Below are positions 1-9,830 of a DNA stretch of 64,000 nt, one piece after another. The stretch spans positions 385,881-449,880 of the forward strand of contig JADGDD010000002.1 in NCBI GenBank assembly GCA_016745075.1, given 5' to 3'. The notes below the pieces were generated by a model. That model saw nothing but the letters and a program-made list of their open reading frames with translations, made no database searches and was not told where the DNA came from. This DNA comes from Planctomycetota bacterium (GTDB taxonomy: Bacteria > Planctomycetota > UBA11346). The translations under genes and the position numbers were made by a program. Within the stretch, counting starts at the first letter, position 1. Each line of letters starts with the position of its first letter.

Positions 1-480
1 GAATGTCTTGGGTGAGCAACCGCAGCGATGTTTAAACCATGCCGAGAAATATTGTGCATCGTATCCACAGCTTTGGGCAATGTTGAGAATATTATCAGTA
101 CTTGATAGTAACAAGTGTTTGGCGTGCTTTTCACGTTTCATGAGTGGTATCATCTCATGAAGATATGTCAGTAAGTGTGATAAGAGTGTGTTCGCGTAAT
201 CCATAATAGTGTATGAGGTGGTAGAGAGCAGCACCAATAAGTGTAACGTTTTTCTGACGAGGTGAGATTTGACTTTCAGTAATGATGTAGGCCTTATCTG
301 AGACGAACTCTTTTCTTAAGAAACGGCTCTAGCTATTTCTTACCGAAGCTACCTATTTTGCGGCTTGCAGACGTGGGCCAACTGAGACAGTTACGCCGTG
401 CTGGTGAGTCTGTGCTTGAATGAGCATGGTGTCACAGCCTGAGATAAGTCTGTACGTAATGCCGGAAAGCGAGCGTAAAT

Positions 481-2718
481 ATGTTGGGTTTGGTTGTGTT
501 TTTGGTGGTGTTGGCCATTGGTTTCGTGATTTTTGTTCATGAATTAGGCCACTTCCTTTTTGCGAAGTGGGCTGGCGTGAAAGTGGAACGTTTTTCTATT
601 GGTATGGGGCCAGTTATCTGGAGTAAAAAAGTTGGCGAAACAGAATACGCCATTTCCCTGTTACCAGTTGGTGGCTATGTGGCTATGCTTGGTCAAAGTG
701 AAGTGCCAGGTGAAGTTGTTGATACCGAATCTGAAAATAGTTTTGCGGTAAAACATCCAGCATGGCGCGCAGCTATTCTGTCTGCTGGTGTGCTATTTAA
801 TTTAATTTCTAGCTATATTATTCTCCTTGCTTTGGCTTTTTACGGAACGCCAATTAACGAACCTGTTGTTGGTCATGTAGTGAAGGAATTTCGCGCAGTA
901 GATGACAGTTTAGTATTAAGCCCAGCTTATGAGGTTGGATTGCGTCCGGGAGATCGTATTCTTACCGTTAATGGCGTGAAAATCCGCTCCTTTAATGACG
1001 TGGTGATGAATACCATTTCCAGTGCTGATGACCCTATTGTATTAGAAGTTGAACGGGATGGTGCAACTTTACGTTTGCCAAAAACTGGCACTGGGGTTTT
1101 GCTTCGTCGTGATGAAAACCAAGGCCGTCCAGCTTTAGGGATACTTCCAGCGGTTGGTTTGAAAATTGGTAGAGTGGTTGCGGCACATGGTGTTGAGATG
1201 TCAGCAGATGCCCCGAAGGCGGGCGAACGTGTTATTGGTATTGAAGGTAGCAATGAAAACTTTGATGAATTGCGTTTTACTGGACAGCAAGCAGAGGAGC
1301 GTTTGCTGCCATTTATTGGCAAGGATGTTGGGTTACGAATGCAGGCTTCAGATGGCACCGAGCGCGTTGCCTCTTGTCGCTATGCCGGCATGTCGGCAAT
1401 AACAGATGCGGCATTAGGTTTGCCTGTGCGGATAGATCACGTTGCGAAAGGTTCTCCGGCAGCAGTAGCGGGTATGCAAGCGGGCGATGTTGTTGAACAA
1501 ATTGATGGTCAAGCTGTTGCTCATGTAGAACAATTGCGTGCTCTTGTTCGTGCCTCTGTTGCAGAGAAACGTTCAGTACAGATTGGTGTAATGCGTTATG
1601 AAAACGGGATCTGGGCTCGCAAAGATATGGCTATGCAGGCCGATTACGATGAGAGTATTGGCCGTATGGTGATTGGAGTGCGGATGAGCGCAATGCGTGT
1701 TGGTTCTGTACCCTTTTTACCAAAAACACTTGGGACTGACGTTTCTCCATTAGAACAGGCTGGTATCAAAGCTGGAGAAATTATTATTGGCATAGATACC
1801 ATCTATAAAGAAGAAGGAACGGAAATAGAGCGGATAGAGGCACGAGTATTGTCTGCTGGAACCATTCGTAGTCTCTCATGCAATAAAACCGCTTGGGATG
1901 AACTTACGCGCAGCCGGAAAGTGCACCCTATTTCACGGCTGGTGGGGATGAAAAATACTCCGTCCATCGTTAGCAAGCTTGCAGGAGGACGTGTCAGTGG
2001 AACTGCTGATAGCGCTCTTATTACTTTGCCAATAGAGAAGATGACGGGTGCACAGGCGGATAGCGTTGATGTCAGTCTTGAACGACTGGGCGGAACCCTA
2101 ATGCCATATCGTGAACAACTTATGGCCTTGAAACAAAATGAATGGATTGCAGATAGTTATAGCTGGACAGATAAAACTGGTGGAAATGCCTTAGCTATTA
2201 TCACTCCAGCAGTAGATGCGACAGTGCGCACTGTGTCATTACGGGTGCAAGATGTTGGAGTTGCCTTTGGCTTTACTTATGAAGAGCGGCCCTATCAAAT
2301 TTCTGATTGGACCGAAGCCTTTAGTGTTGCAAACGCTGAAACAGGCTCGCTTATTGGTGGAACGTTAAAGATTATTCCACGACTCTTTCAACCAGCATCT
2401 TCTGGAGGTATTGATGCAAGCAGTAGCTTATCTGGGCCTATTGGCATCTTTTCTATGATGATGTCTCAGTTGCAAGAAAACGGCTTTGCGAGCATGCTCA
2501 AGTTCACAGCCCTCATCGGTGTGAATCTATTCTTGATCAATCTCATGCCTATTCCAATGGTGGATGGTGGCCAGCTCTTATTTCTTGGGGTAGAAACTAT
2601 TCTGCGGCGGCCAATTCCAGAGCGTCTCAAGTTATTCCTGAATAATATTGGTTTTATTGCGATTATTGCTCTGATGCTCTTTGTTGTGGCCTTAGATATT
2701 GGTAGACAAATCGGATAA
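481..2718 (+). CDS. rseP: RIP metalloprotease RseP (site-2 protease, M50 family), long form with an extended multi-PDZ periplasmic region
   Basis: HELGH zinc-binding motif near the N-terminus inside a TM helix. C-terminal membrane segment carries the LINLMPIPMVDGG motif typical of RseP. The 745-aa length implies extra PDZ-like repeats between them. Confidence 0.85.
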   Translation: MLGLVVFLVVLAIGFVIFVHELGHFLFAKWAGVKVERFSIGMGPVIWSKKVGETEYAISLLPVGGYVAMLGQSEVPGEVVDTESENSFAVKHPAWRAAILSAGVLFNLISSYIILLALAFYGTPINEPVVGHVVKEFRAVDDSLVLSPAYEVGLRPGDRILTVNGVKIRSFNDVVMNTISSADDPIVLEVERDGATLRLPKTGTGVLLRRDENQGRPALGILPAVGLKIGRVVAAHGVEMSADAPKAGERVIGIEGSNENFDELRFTGQQAEERLLPFIGKDVGLRMQASDGTERVASCRYAGMSAITDAALGLPVRIDHVAKGSPAAVAGMQAGDVVEQIDGQAVAHVEQLRALVRASVAEKRSVQIGVMRYENGIWARKDMAMQADYDESIGRMVIGVRMSAMRVGSVPFLPKTLGTDVSPLEQAGIKAGEIIIGIDTIYKEEGTEIERIEARVLSAGTIRSLSCNKTAWDELTRSRKVHPISRLVGMKNTPSIVSKLAGGRVSGTADSALITLPIEKMTGAQADSVDVSLERLGGTLMPYREQLMALKQNEWIADSYSWTDKTGGNALAIITPAVDATVRTVSLRVQDVGVAFGFTYEERPYQISDWTEAFSVANAETGSLIGGTLKIIPRLFQPASSGGIDASSSLSGPIGIFSMMMSQLQENGFASMLKFTALIGVNLFLINLMPIPMVDGGQLLFLGVETILRRPIPERLKLFLNNIGFIAIIALMLFVVALDIGRQIG

Positions 2719-2800
2719 ATTGAAGCCTAGGATTCATTCCAAGTGGTGAACGGTTCTCCCCCTTTCTTTGTATGGTTGAGGGGCTAGTATACGTCTAATT

Positions 2801-5800
2801 ATGATGATGCGTTTCGTTTGTTTCTTGCTCGTACTAGCTCTTACTCCACTTACCGTGCCGCTTTGTGCGCAAGATGTCTATCGTGAAGTTTTACCGAATG
2901 GTGTTACGCTTGTCGTGGCAGAGCACCACGTAACAGGTTTGGTATCGGTGGAAGCCTTTGTTCGTGCTGGTCCAAGCTATGAGAGTGAACTACAAGGAAC
3001 AGGTGTAAGTGCTTTGGTAGAAAGCATGTTACGTGGATCTCCTGCTGTGCGTGGAGATTTGCAACGTTTAGGAAATGCGGTTTCATCAGAGACAGATGTG
3101 GGATGGACCAGCTACCGATTAATGGCTACTAGGAATGATATGTCGGAAGCGGTGCAGACCATGAGTCGATGGATCGGAGCCAGTGGTAATTTTGATGAAC
3201 AAACTTTTCAACGAGCGGTGCAACAACAACAGCGTGCGCAAGAGCAATCGCAGCAAGATGCCACATCGTTTCTAGCACAAGCTGTTCGCTCTGCTTTGTA
3301 TCAACGCGATGCTGCTCGTTTACCTGTACTAGGGAGTCCAGAGTTATTAAGTATGCTCACGTTGCCGCAGGTCCAGACCTACTATAATAAACGTTATACG
3401 GCTTCTCATATTGTCTTAGTTGTGACTGGTAATGTTCAGACCGAAGCTGTACGAGTAGCAGCCACAACAGCTTTTACCGGATTTCCCATTGGAAGTGAGC
3501 AACGTGAAGATGAACGGCGGATTGAGGCAGAGCAATTGCACCCTCGTGATCATGCTATGTATAGTCCGTCATTAAGCCCAGCATTAAATGAAAACCGTGT
3601 GTACTTAGCATGGCAGACTGTTGGCCTTGGGCATCCAGATCAACCTGCCTTAGAATTATTAGCGCAGTATTTAGATGACTCGGATTTACGTGTGCAAATG
3701 ACGGCAAAACAAATCGCCCGTCATTTCAAAGTTGAACATGTTGCCCCAGTTGGCCGTCCTGGTTATTTATTGGTAAGTTATGATGTTCGTGATGCAGAGC
3801 GTGGTGAAGCGTATCGACTTTTTCATGAAAGTATGCCGAGAATCGCAGCAGACATTCAAAAAACGGCATTACTTCATCGCCGTTATCGTAAATTGACACA
3901 AGGTAATCGTGCCGGAGAAATGCCGCCAGCAGACGTAGAACATCTTGAGTCAGCCAGTCAGGTATTATCTCATTTAGTCTCGCGTTTGGAAGCAAATAGG
4001 CGCACACGTTTATTGGTAGAAATTTCTCGTGATTTAGGTATGTGGGAATTGGCGGTACGAGATGCCACTGTTGGTGAGCAATTAAGTTCATTATATACAC
4101 AGGTTGATGCCAGCCGCATGGGAGCTGTTGTGAGCCGTTATATTCGTGGTTCAGGTTTTACTCGTTTTGTTGTACGTCCAGGTGAAGATCCGAAGAAAGT
4201 TGAACAGACGACAGAGATACGCGTTGAGCCTAAAGCACCCGTGGTTGATATAGATCCGGTCGTGAATAGCTATAGGAAGGTTCGCTTATTAACACATAGC
4301 ATGCCGTCATTGGGAGTGTGTTGGCTGCGGATGAGTTGTGGTGGTGGTAGCCGTGTTGAGCAAGATGGTGAACATGGTAGTGGATTATTACTCGCTCGTT
4401 TACTTGGTGTTGAAAGCGCCAAATATGAAACGGATGTTTTGCGTACGCTGTTGCGTGAACGTAATATGTCACTGAAGGTAGAACATACATCCAATGGTTT
4501 ACATATGACAGTTCGATGTTTTCGTACGGATGCAGCAGAAGCCTTAGAAATGTTGTGCGACGCTATGGTTCGTCCTGTTTTGAATAATGAACGTTTGGTT
4601 GAAGGGCAACAAGAAATAGAAACGCAACTTGCAGAATTGGCTCGTTTTGATGGTGAGTGGTCTGCAATTATACAGCAACTTATTCGAGAGAATATGTACC
4701 AAGATCATTATGCAGGAATTGCGTTAGATGATTTACAAACCAGCGTTGCAGATTTGCGACCAGAAGCGCTGGAGAAATTCCATAAAAAATTATTGCATGG
4801 CGGTAATGTTATTATCAGTGCAATTGGTGATTTTGATGAAGAGGAAGTTATTGATGTGGTTGAGGATAGCATGCTCCGCTACAAAGAATTTCGTGTAGCC
4901 CCTTTAAGTATTCCAGACCTTTCTGAACCAGTAAAAACAGCAGGCAATGGCGCGGAGGCAGCTCCAGTAGAGAATACAGGAGGAAGCACAACGAATGCAG
5001 AAAGAGTACGTGTGGATAAACGAAGTTGGTCACGCGAGCAAAGCGCTTGTGGCTTGGCATGGAGTACACCGTCTTTAGATGATGATGCGAAAACCCGTGC
5101 TATCATGGATGTGCTAGCCGCGGTAGTCATAGGAGGAAATGGCTCAGAGCTTCTCGGTGGTCGTTTGGGTTTCGCCATTGAACAAGCAACAGAAGGCATG
5201 GTTAGCAGCCGTCATGCACATTTAGAATATTACCACGGACGTGGAGCGCTTGTATTAAGTTTGTTGCTCAATGGAGGAACGGTGGAGTCTATTCGTGATG
5301 ACATTATTCAATCCGCTTTAGATCGCCTACTTGCCGACTTAAAGATAACCAAAAAACGAGCGGCTGAGGATGGTGGACAAGAAATGCCAGAGATTATCAC
5401 CTTTAGCTTGAATGAACTTGATGCAGCAAAAGCTGTTTGCTTGATTCGTCATGAACAAGAATTGGAGCAACAAGGCGATTCTTATTTATACCCAGAAACG
5501 TTGTTGCGAGAGCATTCCTTAGACGGTGTTACAACATATAGAGACCTTATTGCATCTGTAAGCGTTACAGACATTGCAACATTAGCACAAACAGTGTTGC
5601 AACAACCTGCATGTACTGTGTGGATTGCGCCAGAAGGCGAAGCGCTTATTACCCCAATTACTCCATCAACAACGGTAAGCACAACAACCGCTACGGCTGT
5701 GACCGTAAAGCCGATTACCCCTGCACTCACGCCAACGACAGTGCCGATCCCAGCAAATGTTGATACCGTATCACCGACAACACCAACAGTTACTCCAACG

Positions 5801-5815
5801 CCGGTAACACCTTAG
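2801..5815 (+). CDS. Secreted tandem M16 (pitrilysin/insulinase-like) family protein, probably catalytically inactive, with a Pro/Thr/Val-rich C-terminal tail
   Basis: N-terminal signal peptide (MMMRFVCFLLVLALTPLTVPLCA). Two M16-like halves in which the HxxEH zinc motif position reads SALVE/ARLLGVE. The last ~60 aa are a low-complexity ITPxTP/TVTPTP repeat. Confidence 0.55.
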   Translation: MMMRFVCFLLVLALTPLTVPLCAQDVYREVLPNGVTLVVAEHHVTGLVSVEAFVRAGPSYESELQGTGVSALVESMLRGSPAVRGDLQRLGNAVSSETDVGWTSYRLMATRNDMSEAVQTMSRWIGASGNFDEQTFQRAVQQQQRAQEQSQQDATSFLAQAVRSALYQRDAARLPVLGSPELLSMLTLPQVQTYYNKRYTASHIVLVVTGNVQTEAVRVAATTAFTGFPIGSEQREDERRIEAEQLHPRDHAMYSPSLSPALNENRVYLAWQTVGLGHPDQPALELLAQYLDDSDLRVQMTAKQIARHFKVEHVAPVGRPGYLLVSYDVRDAERGEAYRLFHESMPRIAADIQKTALLHRRYRKLTQGNRAGEMPPADVEHLESASQVLSHLVSRLEANRRTRLLVEISRDLGMWELAVRDATVGEQLSSLYTQVDASRMGAVVSRYIRGSGFTRFVVRPGEDPKKVEQTTEIRVEPKAPVVDIDPVVNSYRKVRLLTHSMPSLGVCWLRMSCGGGSRVEQDGEHGSGLLLARLLGVESAKYETDVLRTLLRERNMSLKVEHTSNGLHMTVRCFRTDAAEALEMLCDAMVRPVLNNERLVEGQQEIETQLAELARFDGEWSAIIQQLIRENMYQDHYAGIALDDLQTSVADLRPEALEKFHKKLLHGGNVIISAIGDFDEEEVIDVVEDSMLRYKEFRVAPLSIPDLSEPVKTAGNGAEAAPVENTGGSTTNAERVRVDKRSWSREQSACGLAWSTPSLDDDAKTRAIMDVLAAVVIGGNGSELLGGRLGFAIEQATEGMVSSRHAHLEYYHGRGALVLSLLLNGGTVESIRDDIIQSALDRLLADLKITKKRAAEDGGQEMPEIITFSLNELDAAKAVCLIRHEQELEQQGDSYLYPETLLREHSLDGVTTYRDLIASVSVTDIATLAQTVLQQPACTVWIAPEGEALITPITPSTTVSTTTATAVTVKPITPALTPTTVPIPANVDTVSPTTPTVTPTPVTP

Positions 5816-5824
5816 GAATACTGC

Positions 5825-6226
5825 GTGAAGTTATTAATAAAATTAATACTTATTGGAGCCTTTTTATTGGCTGTCTATATTGGCGGTTATTGGCTCTATG
5901 CACGATCAGATTATGTGACAAGTAACAGCTTTTTTGGAAAAAATCTTGTTGTGTATGAAGATAGTACTCTTTCAAATATGTGCTTCACTGTATTTCGCCC
6001 TTTGATTTCCTTACAAAGCTGGATGGACGATTCGACCGTATTTAACGCGAAAGAAAATATAGATACAGTAAAAAATTCAATTGAAGACTTTCAAAATGTG
6101 CTCGAAGAGCAATCTGAATCAGCGAAAGAAATCTGGAAGCCTGTTGCTGAAAGCTTAGAACAGAGCGTGGATGATTTAGAAAAACAGCGTCAACAACATA
6201 AGAAGAAAGCCGACGGAGAAGAATAA
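5825..6226 (+). CDS. Hypothetical small membrane-anchored protein (GTG start) with an acidic coiled-coil-like C-terminus
   Basis: One N-terminal hydrophobic helix ([23 protein letters not shown]). Ends 2 bp before thyA. No family recognised. Confidence 0.35.
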   Translation: MKLLIKLILIGAFLLAVYIGGYWLYARSDYVTSNSFFGKNLVVYEDSTLSNMCFTVFRPLISLQSWMDDSTVFNAKENIDTVKNSIEDFQNVLEEQSESAKEIWKPVAESLEQSVDDLEKQRQQHKKKADGEE

Positions 6227-6228
6227 AT

Positions 6229-7077
6229 ATGCGTCCGTATTTAGATTTATTGCAACATATTTTAGATAATGGTATAGATCGTTCTGATCGTACTGGCACT
6301 GGTACCTTAAGTGTATTTGGCCATCAAATGCGTTTTGATATGGCAGAGGGTTTTCCTTTACTGACGACCAAAAAAGTACACGTAAAGTCTATCATTAAAG
6401 AATTATTATGGTTTTTAAGTGGCTCAACAAATGTCGTGCCCTTGCAAGATGCGGGTGTGCGTATTTGGAATGAATGGGCTACGGCAGAGCAGTGTGCTCG
6501 CTTTGGTCGGGAAGAGGGCGATCTTGGCCCTATCTATGGGCATCAATGGCGAAACTTTGGCGCGAGCATAAATGAAGATGGGAGCTATGCCTCTAATGGC
6601 GTAGATCAAATTGTTCAGGTTATTGATCAGATTCGCAATAATCCAAGTAGCCGCCGTTTAATCGTTTCTGGTTGGAACCCACAAGAGGCCGATCAGGTTG
6701 CATTACCGCCTTGTCATACTCTATTTCAGTTTTATGTCGATGAAGGAGCAGGTTTATTACATTGCCAACTGTATCAGCGTAGTGCCGATGTCTTTCTTGG
6801 TGTGCCTTTTAATATTGCCAGCTATGCGGTATTAACGATGATGATCGCGCAAGTTACTGGCCTTAAGGCAGGTACTTTTGTCCATACTCTTGGTGACGCA
6901 CATTTATATAAAGATCATCTAGAGCAGGCGCGTTTACAGTTAAGCCGAGATCTGCGTAGCAGACCAACCATGACTTTAAACCCAGCAGTAGATGATATTT
7001 TTAAATTCACCTATGAAGATTTTGCGGTTACCGATTATGACCCGCATCCACATATTAAGGCAAAGGTATCAGTCTAG
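6229..7077 (+). CDS. thyA: Thymidylate synthase
   Basis: Translation begins [32 protein letters not shown] and contains the PPCH active-site region ([13 protein letters not shown]) and a typical C-terminus. 282 aa. Confidence 0.95.
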   Translation: MRPYLDLLQHILDNGIDRSDRTGTGTLSVFGHQMRFDMAEGFPLLTTKKVHVKSIIKELLWFLSGSTNVVPLQDAGVRIWNEWATAEQCARFGREEGDLGPIYGHQWRNFGASINEDGSYASNGVDQIVQVIDQIRNNPSSRRLIVSGWNPQEADQVALPPCHTLFQFYVDEGAGLLHCQLYQRSADVFLGVPFNIASYAVLTMMIAQVTGLKAGTFVHTLGDAHLYKDHLEQARLQLSRDLRSRPTMTLNPAVDDIFKFTYEDFAVTDYDPHPHIKAKVSV

Positions 7078-7556
7078 TGTCAGAACAACTCGCTCTTATG
7101 GTGGCCTATGCTCAGGATCGTATTATTGGCAATGGCAATGATATCCCGTGGCATTATCCAGAAGATTTTAAACATTTTAAAACAACGACGATGGGTCATG
7201 CTCTGATTATGGGTAGGCTCACGTGTGAATCTATCGGCCGTCCATTGCCGGGCCGTCGTAATATATTGGTGACTCGTCAAGCTGATTACCAAGCACTCGG
7301 TTATGAAGTGTTCACTGATCTGGATGCGGCACTTGCCGCAGCGCGCGAAACAGATGACATGCCATTTATTTGTGGTGGTGGTAATATTTATAAACAAATG
7401 TTGCCACAAGTAACGCGTATGTTCATTAGTGAAATAGATATCGCTGTTGAAGGTGATACGGTATTTCCAGAATGGGAAACCGATACAAGCTGGCAAGAAA
7501 TAAGTAGTCGTCGAAGTGATTGCATCACCTATCGTGAGCTTGAACGCCGTTTATAG
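7077..7556 (+). CDS. folA: Dihydrofolate reductase
   Basis: MVAYAQDRIIGNGNDIPWHYPEDFKHFKTTTMGHALIMGR matches the DHFR N-terminal signature. GTG start overlaps the thyA stop by 1 nt. 159 aa. Confidence 0.9.
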   Translation: MSEQLALMVAYAQDRIIGNGNDIPWHYPEDFKHFKTTTMGHALIMGRLTCESIGRPLPGRRNILVTRQADYQALGYEVFTDLDAALAAARETDDMPFICGGGNIYKQMLPQVTRMFISEIDIAVEGDTVFPEWETDTSWQEISSRRSDCITYRELERRL

Positions 7557-7562
7557 AAGGAA

Positions 7563-8099
7563 ATGAAGATGTCTCAATCACAAGAACGAAATGAAGACCA
7601 ATTACCATCAGCAACCCTTGGTACACGTCGAGAAACACCGTTTACGTATACACCGTCGTTATTAGAATCTATTACTATAGACATTAAACGCCCTTTTGCC
7701 GGACAACATAGTTGGGTTACTAATAATTGTTTGCGTTTCACGGCTTTGTGTCCAGTGACAGGTCAGCCTGATTGGGCTGACATCTGTATTAATTATATCC
7801 CTAAGCAACATCTTGTTGAATCAAAAAGTCTCAAAGAATATCTTGGTTCATTTCGTATGCATGGTGATTTTCATGAAGATGTGTGTCGTATCTTTTGTGA
7901 AGATATAGTGGAATGTATTCAACCGACTTACATAGAAGTCATTGGCCAATTTGATAGCCGTGGCAGTATTGCTATTTGGCCGTATGTTCAGTGGGCAGAT
8001 CCGAGTAGTGCATGGGCAGTGGAATTGCAGCGTGAACGTTGTCTGCATTATGCTCCCGGTAAATATAGTGCTCAACAATCATATACACGTTCTATTTAG
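7563..8099 (+). CDS. queF: NADPH-dependent 7-cyano-7-deazaguanine reductase, unimodular type I
   Basis: FTALCPVTGQPDWA catalytic Cys region and the E(S)KSLKxYLxSFR QueF motif. 178 aa fits the YkvM-type unimodular form. Confidence 0.85.
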   Translation: MKMSQSQERNEDQLPSATLGTRRETPFTYTPSLLESITIDIKRPFAGQHSWVTNNCLRFTALCPVTGQPDWADICINYIPKQHLVESKSLKEYLGSFRMHGDFHEDVCRIFCEDIVECIQPTYIEVIGQFDSRGSIAIWPYVQWADPSSAWAVELQRERCLHYAPGKYSAQQSYTRSI

Positions 8100-8107
8100 G
8101 AAGCGGT

Positions 8108-9736
8108 ATGTCAGATCGTAAATTGCTCTGGAGAGATATTGGTGGCATTCATGCACCGGCTCGCCGCATCACCATTCGTTTGCCGGAGGGTTATGCTTCT
8201 TCTGATGAACGTTATCCTGTGTTGTATATTCATGATAATGGATTGCTTGCTTGTCATGATCAGTTGGTGCAGTTGGGATATATTACTCCCTGCATCTTAG
8301 TTTCTGTGCCATCACCAGATCGTAATTATGAATACACATTGCCTGCGCCAGAAGGAGGCCTAGGGGAATGTCTTGTTGGTGGAAGCGAAGCGTACGCACA
8401 GTTTTTAATCCAAGAATTAAAACCAAAAGTAGATGCTGAATTACGTACACGTCCTGAAGCGGCTACAACGGGTACTACAGGCTGTTCATTGGGCGGTTTA
8501 ATCTCTATGTATTTAAGTGTGAAACATGGAGATGTTTTTGGTATGGCAGGATGCTTGTCGCCATCACTTTGGTGGAATGACAAAGCGCTTCTGAATGATA
8601 TGCAAAAAGAATTACCAGCTAAAGGAACACGCTTTTGGTTGAGTGCTGGATCATATGAAAATAGCATGTGGCATGATGCACGTGATGCGTCGGCTATTTT
8701 ATTAGCAGCCGGTTGGGTGGAAGGCGAAGACCTCGCATGGCTTCATGACCCAGAAGGTGAGCATGCTAGTTGGTATTGGAAAAAACATCAGATGCATATG
8801 TTAGGTTTTTTGTTGGGGATAGATGTGCCAGCACCAAGCAGTATGCATGTAGAGAAGCATCATAGACGTGGCCCTGTGCGCATGAATATGGAAGATGCAC
8901 ACGGAACGCATATTGTGTGTCAGGTGAATCATGGTTATCATTTTCAACGAACGGCAGTCGCTCCACAGTGGGACAGCGCAGACCCTGCAATTATTACGGT
9001 GAATCAGATCGGTAAAATTGAATCATGGTCAGAAGGTAAGACAAAATTGTCTGCAATTCATAATGACTTTGCCGCAGATATTACCATATTTACTCCAGGC
9101 CCACAAACATTGCCACAAGCAGGCTGTATACAGCCAAGACAGACAGCGGTGTTAAATGCAACAGGCCAATGGATAGAAGAACCGCGTTTTACCGGAGGAG
9201 AACATCCCTGTATAGATGAGCCGATGCAATGGGATTGTAGTATTTCTGATACAGGCTTAACCATTACTGTTCGTGTTGTGGAAGATGAGTTGCAGGTTTT
9301 ACGTGGTCCCGGCTCATGGGGACAAGACCGTCTTGAATTGTATATAGATCTGCGTCCAGAATCAGAACGGAGAGCAGGTCGGGCACAAGGTAAACAATCT
9401 GCCTATGTTAGTATTGTTCCTCTATTTTATGACGAACATTGGAAAGTTGGTGGTGGTGCATTAGATTCAGAATCAACACGGGTATTTATTGATGAAGAAG
9501 GATATACCGTACAGACAACATTGCCGCATACGTGGTTGAACGAACGTCTTACGGCTTGTGATGGTCAACATAGCACAAGCGAGTGGACAGAACTCTGGTT
9601 GAATATTCATGCCTGCCACATTAACAGTGTAACAGGCCGAGAGGTACGCGAACAATCTGTGCCAGCAATATATGCGGATCATTGGATTCCTGGTTCAGGA
9701 ATTATCAGCCGAGGTTCAGAGTCAGCGGAAACATAA
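8108..9736 (+). CDS. Putative esterase family protein (alpha/beta hydrolase, enterochelin-esterase-like) with a ~250 aa C-terminal extension of unknown function
   Basis: YPVLYIHDNG and the GCSLGG nucleophile-elbow motif (GxSxG). The C-terminal half has no recognisable domain. Confidence 0.65.
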   Translation: MSDRKLLWRDIGGIHAPARRITIRLPEGYASSDERYPVLYIHDNGLLACHDQLVQLGYITPCILVSVPSPDRNYEYTLPAPEGGLGECLVGGSEAYAQFLIQELKPKVDAELRTRPEAATTGTTGCSLGGLISMYLSVKHGDVFGMAGCLSPSLWWNDKALLNDMQKELPAKGTRFWLSAGSYENSMWHDARDASAILLAAGWVEGEDLAWLHDPEGEHASWYWKKHQMHMLGFLLGIDVPAPSSMHVEKHHRRGPVRMNMEDAHGTHIVCQVNHGYHFQRTAVAPQWDSADPAIITVNQIGKIESWSEGKTKLSAIHNDFAADITIFTPGPQTLPQAGCIQPRQTAVLNATGQWIEEPRFTGGEHPCIDEPMQWDCSISDTGLTITVRVVEDELQVLRGPGSWGQDRLELYIDLRPESERRAGRAQGKQSAYVSIVPLFYDEHWKVGGGALDSESTRVFIDEEGYTVQTTLPHTWLNERLTACDGQHSTSEWTELWLNIHACHINSVTGREVREQSVPAIYADHWIPGSGIISRGSESAET

Positions 9737-9830
9737 CTATCCCGTTTATTTTCAATGCTCATTGTTCACAGACTACAGAGCACTTGTGCCTTGCGGTTTA
9801 ATAGGAAAAATTGGGGAACTGCTGTGGCAT

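Noticed and set aside
1-480. ORF-free 480 bp at the window start, examined for a tRNA or upstream gene
   Set aside because: No cloverleaf-like segment and no ORF longer than 60 aa. It is probably the untranslated upstream region of rseP or a decayed gene end, and the evidence is insufficient to call a feature.
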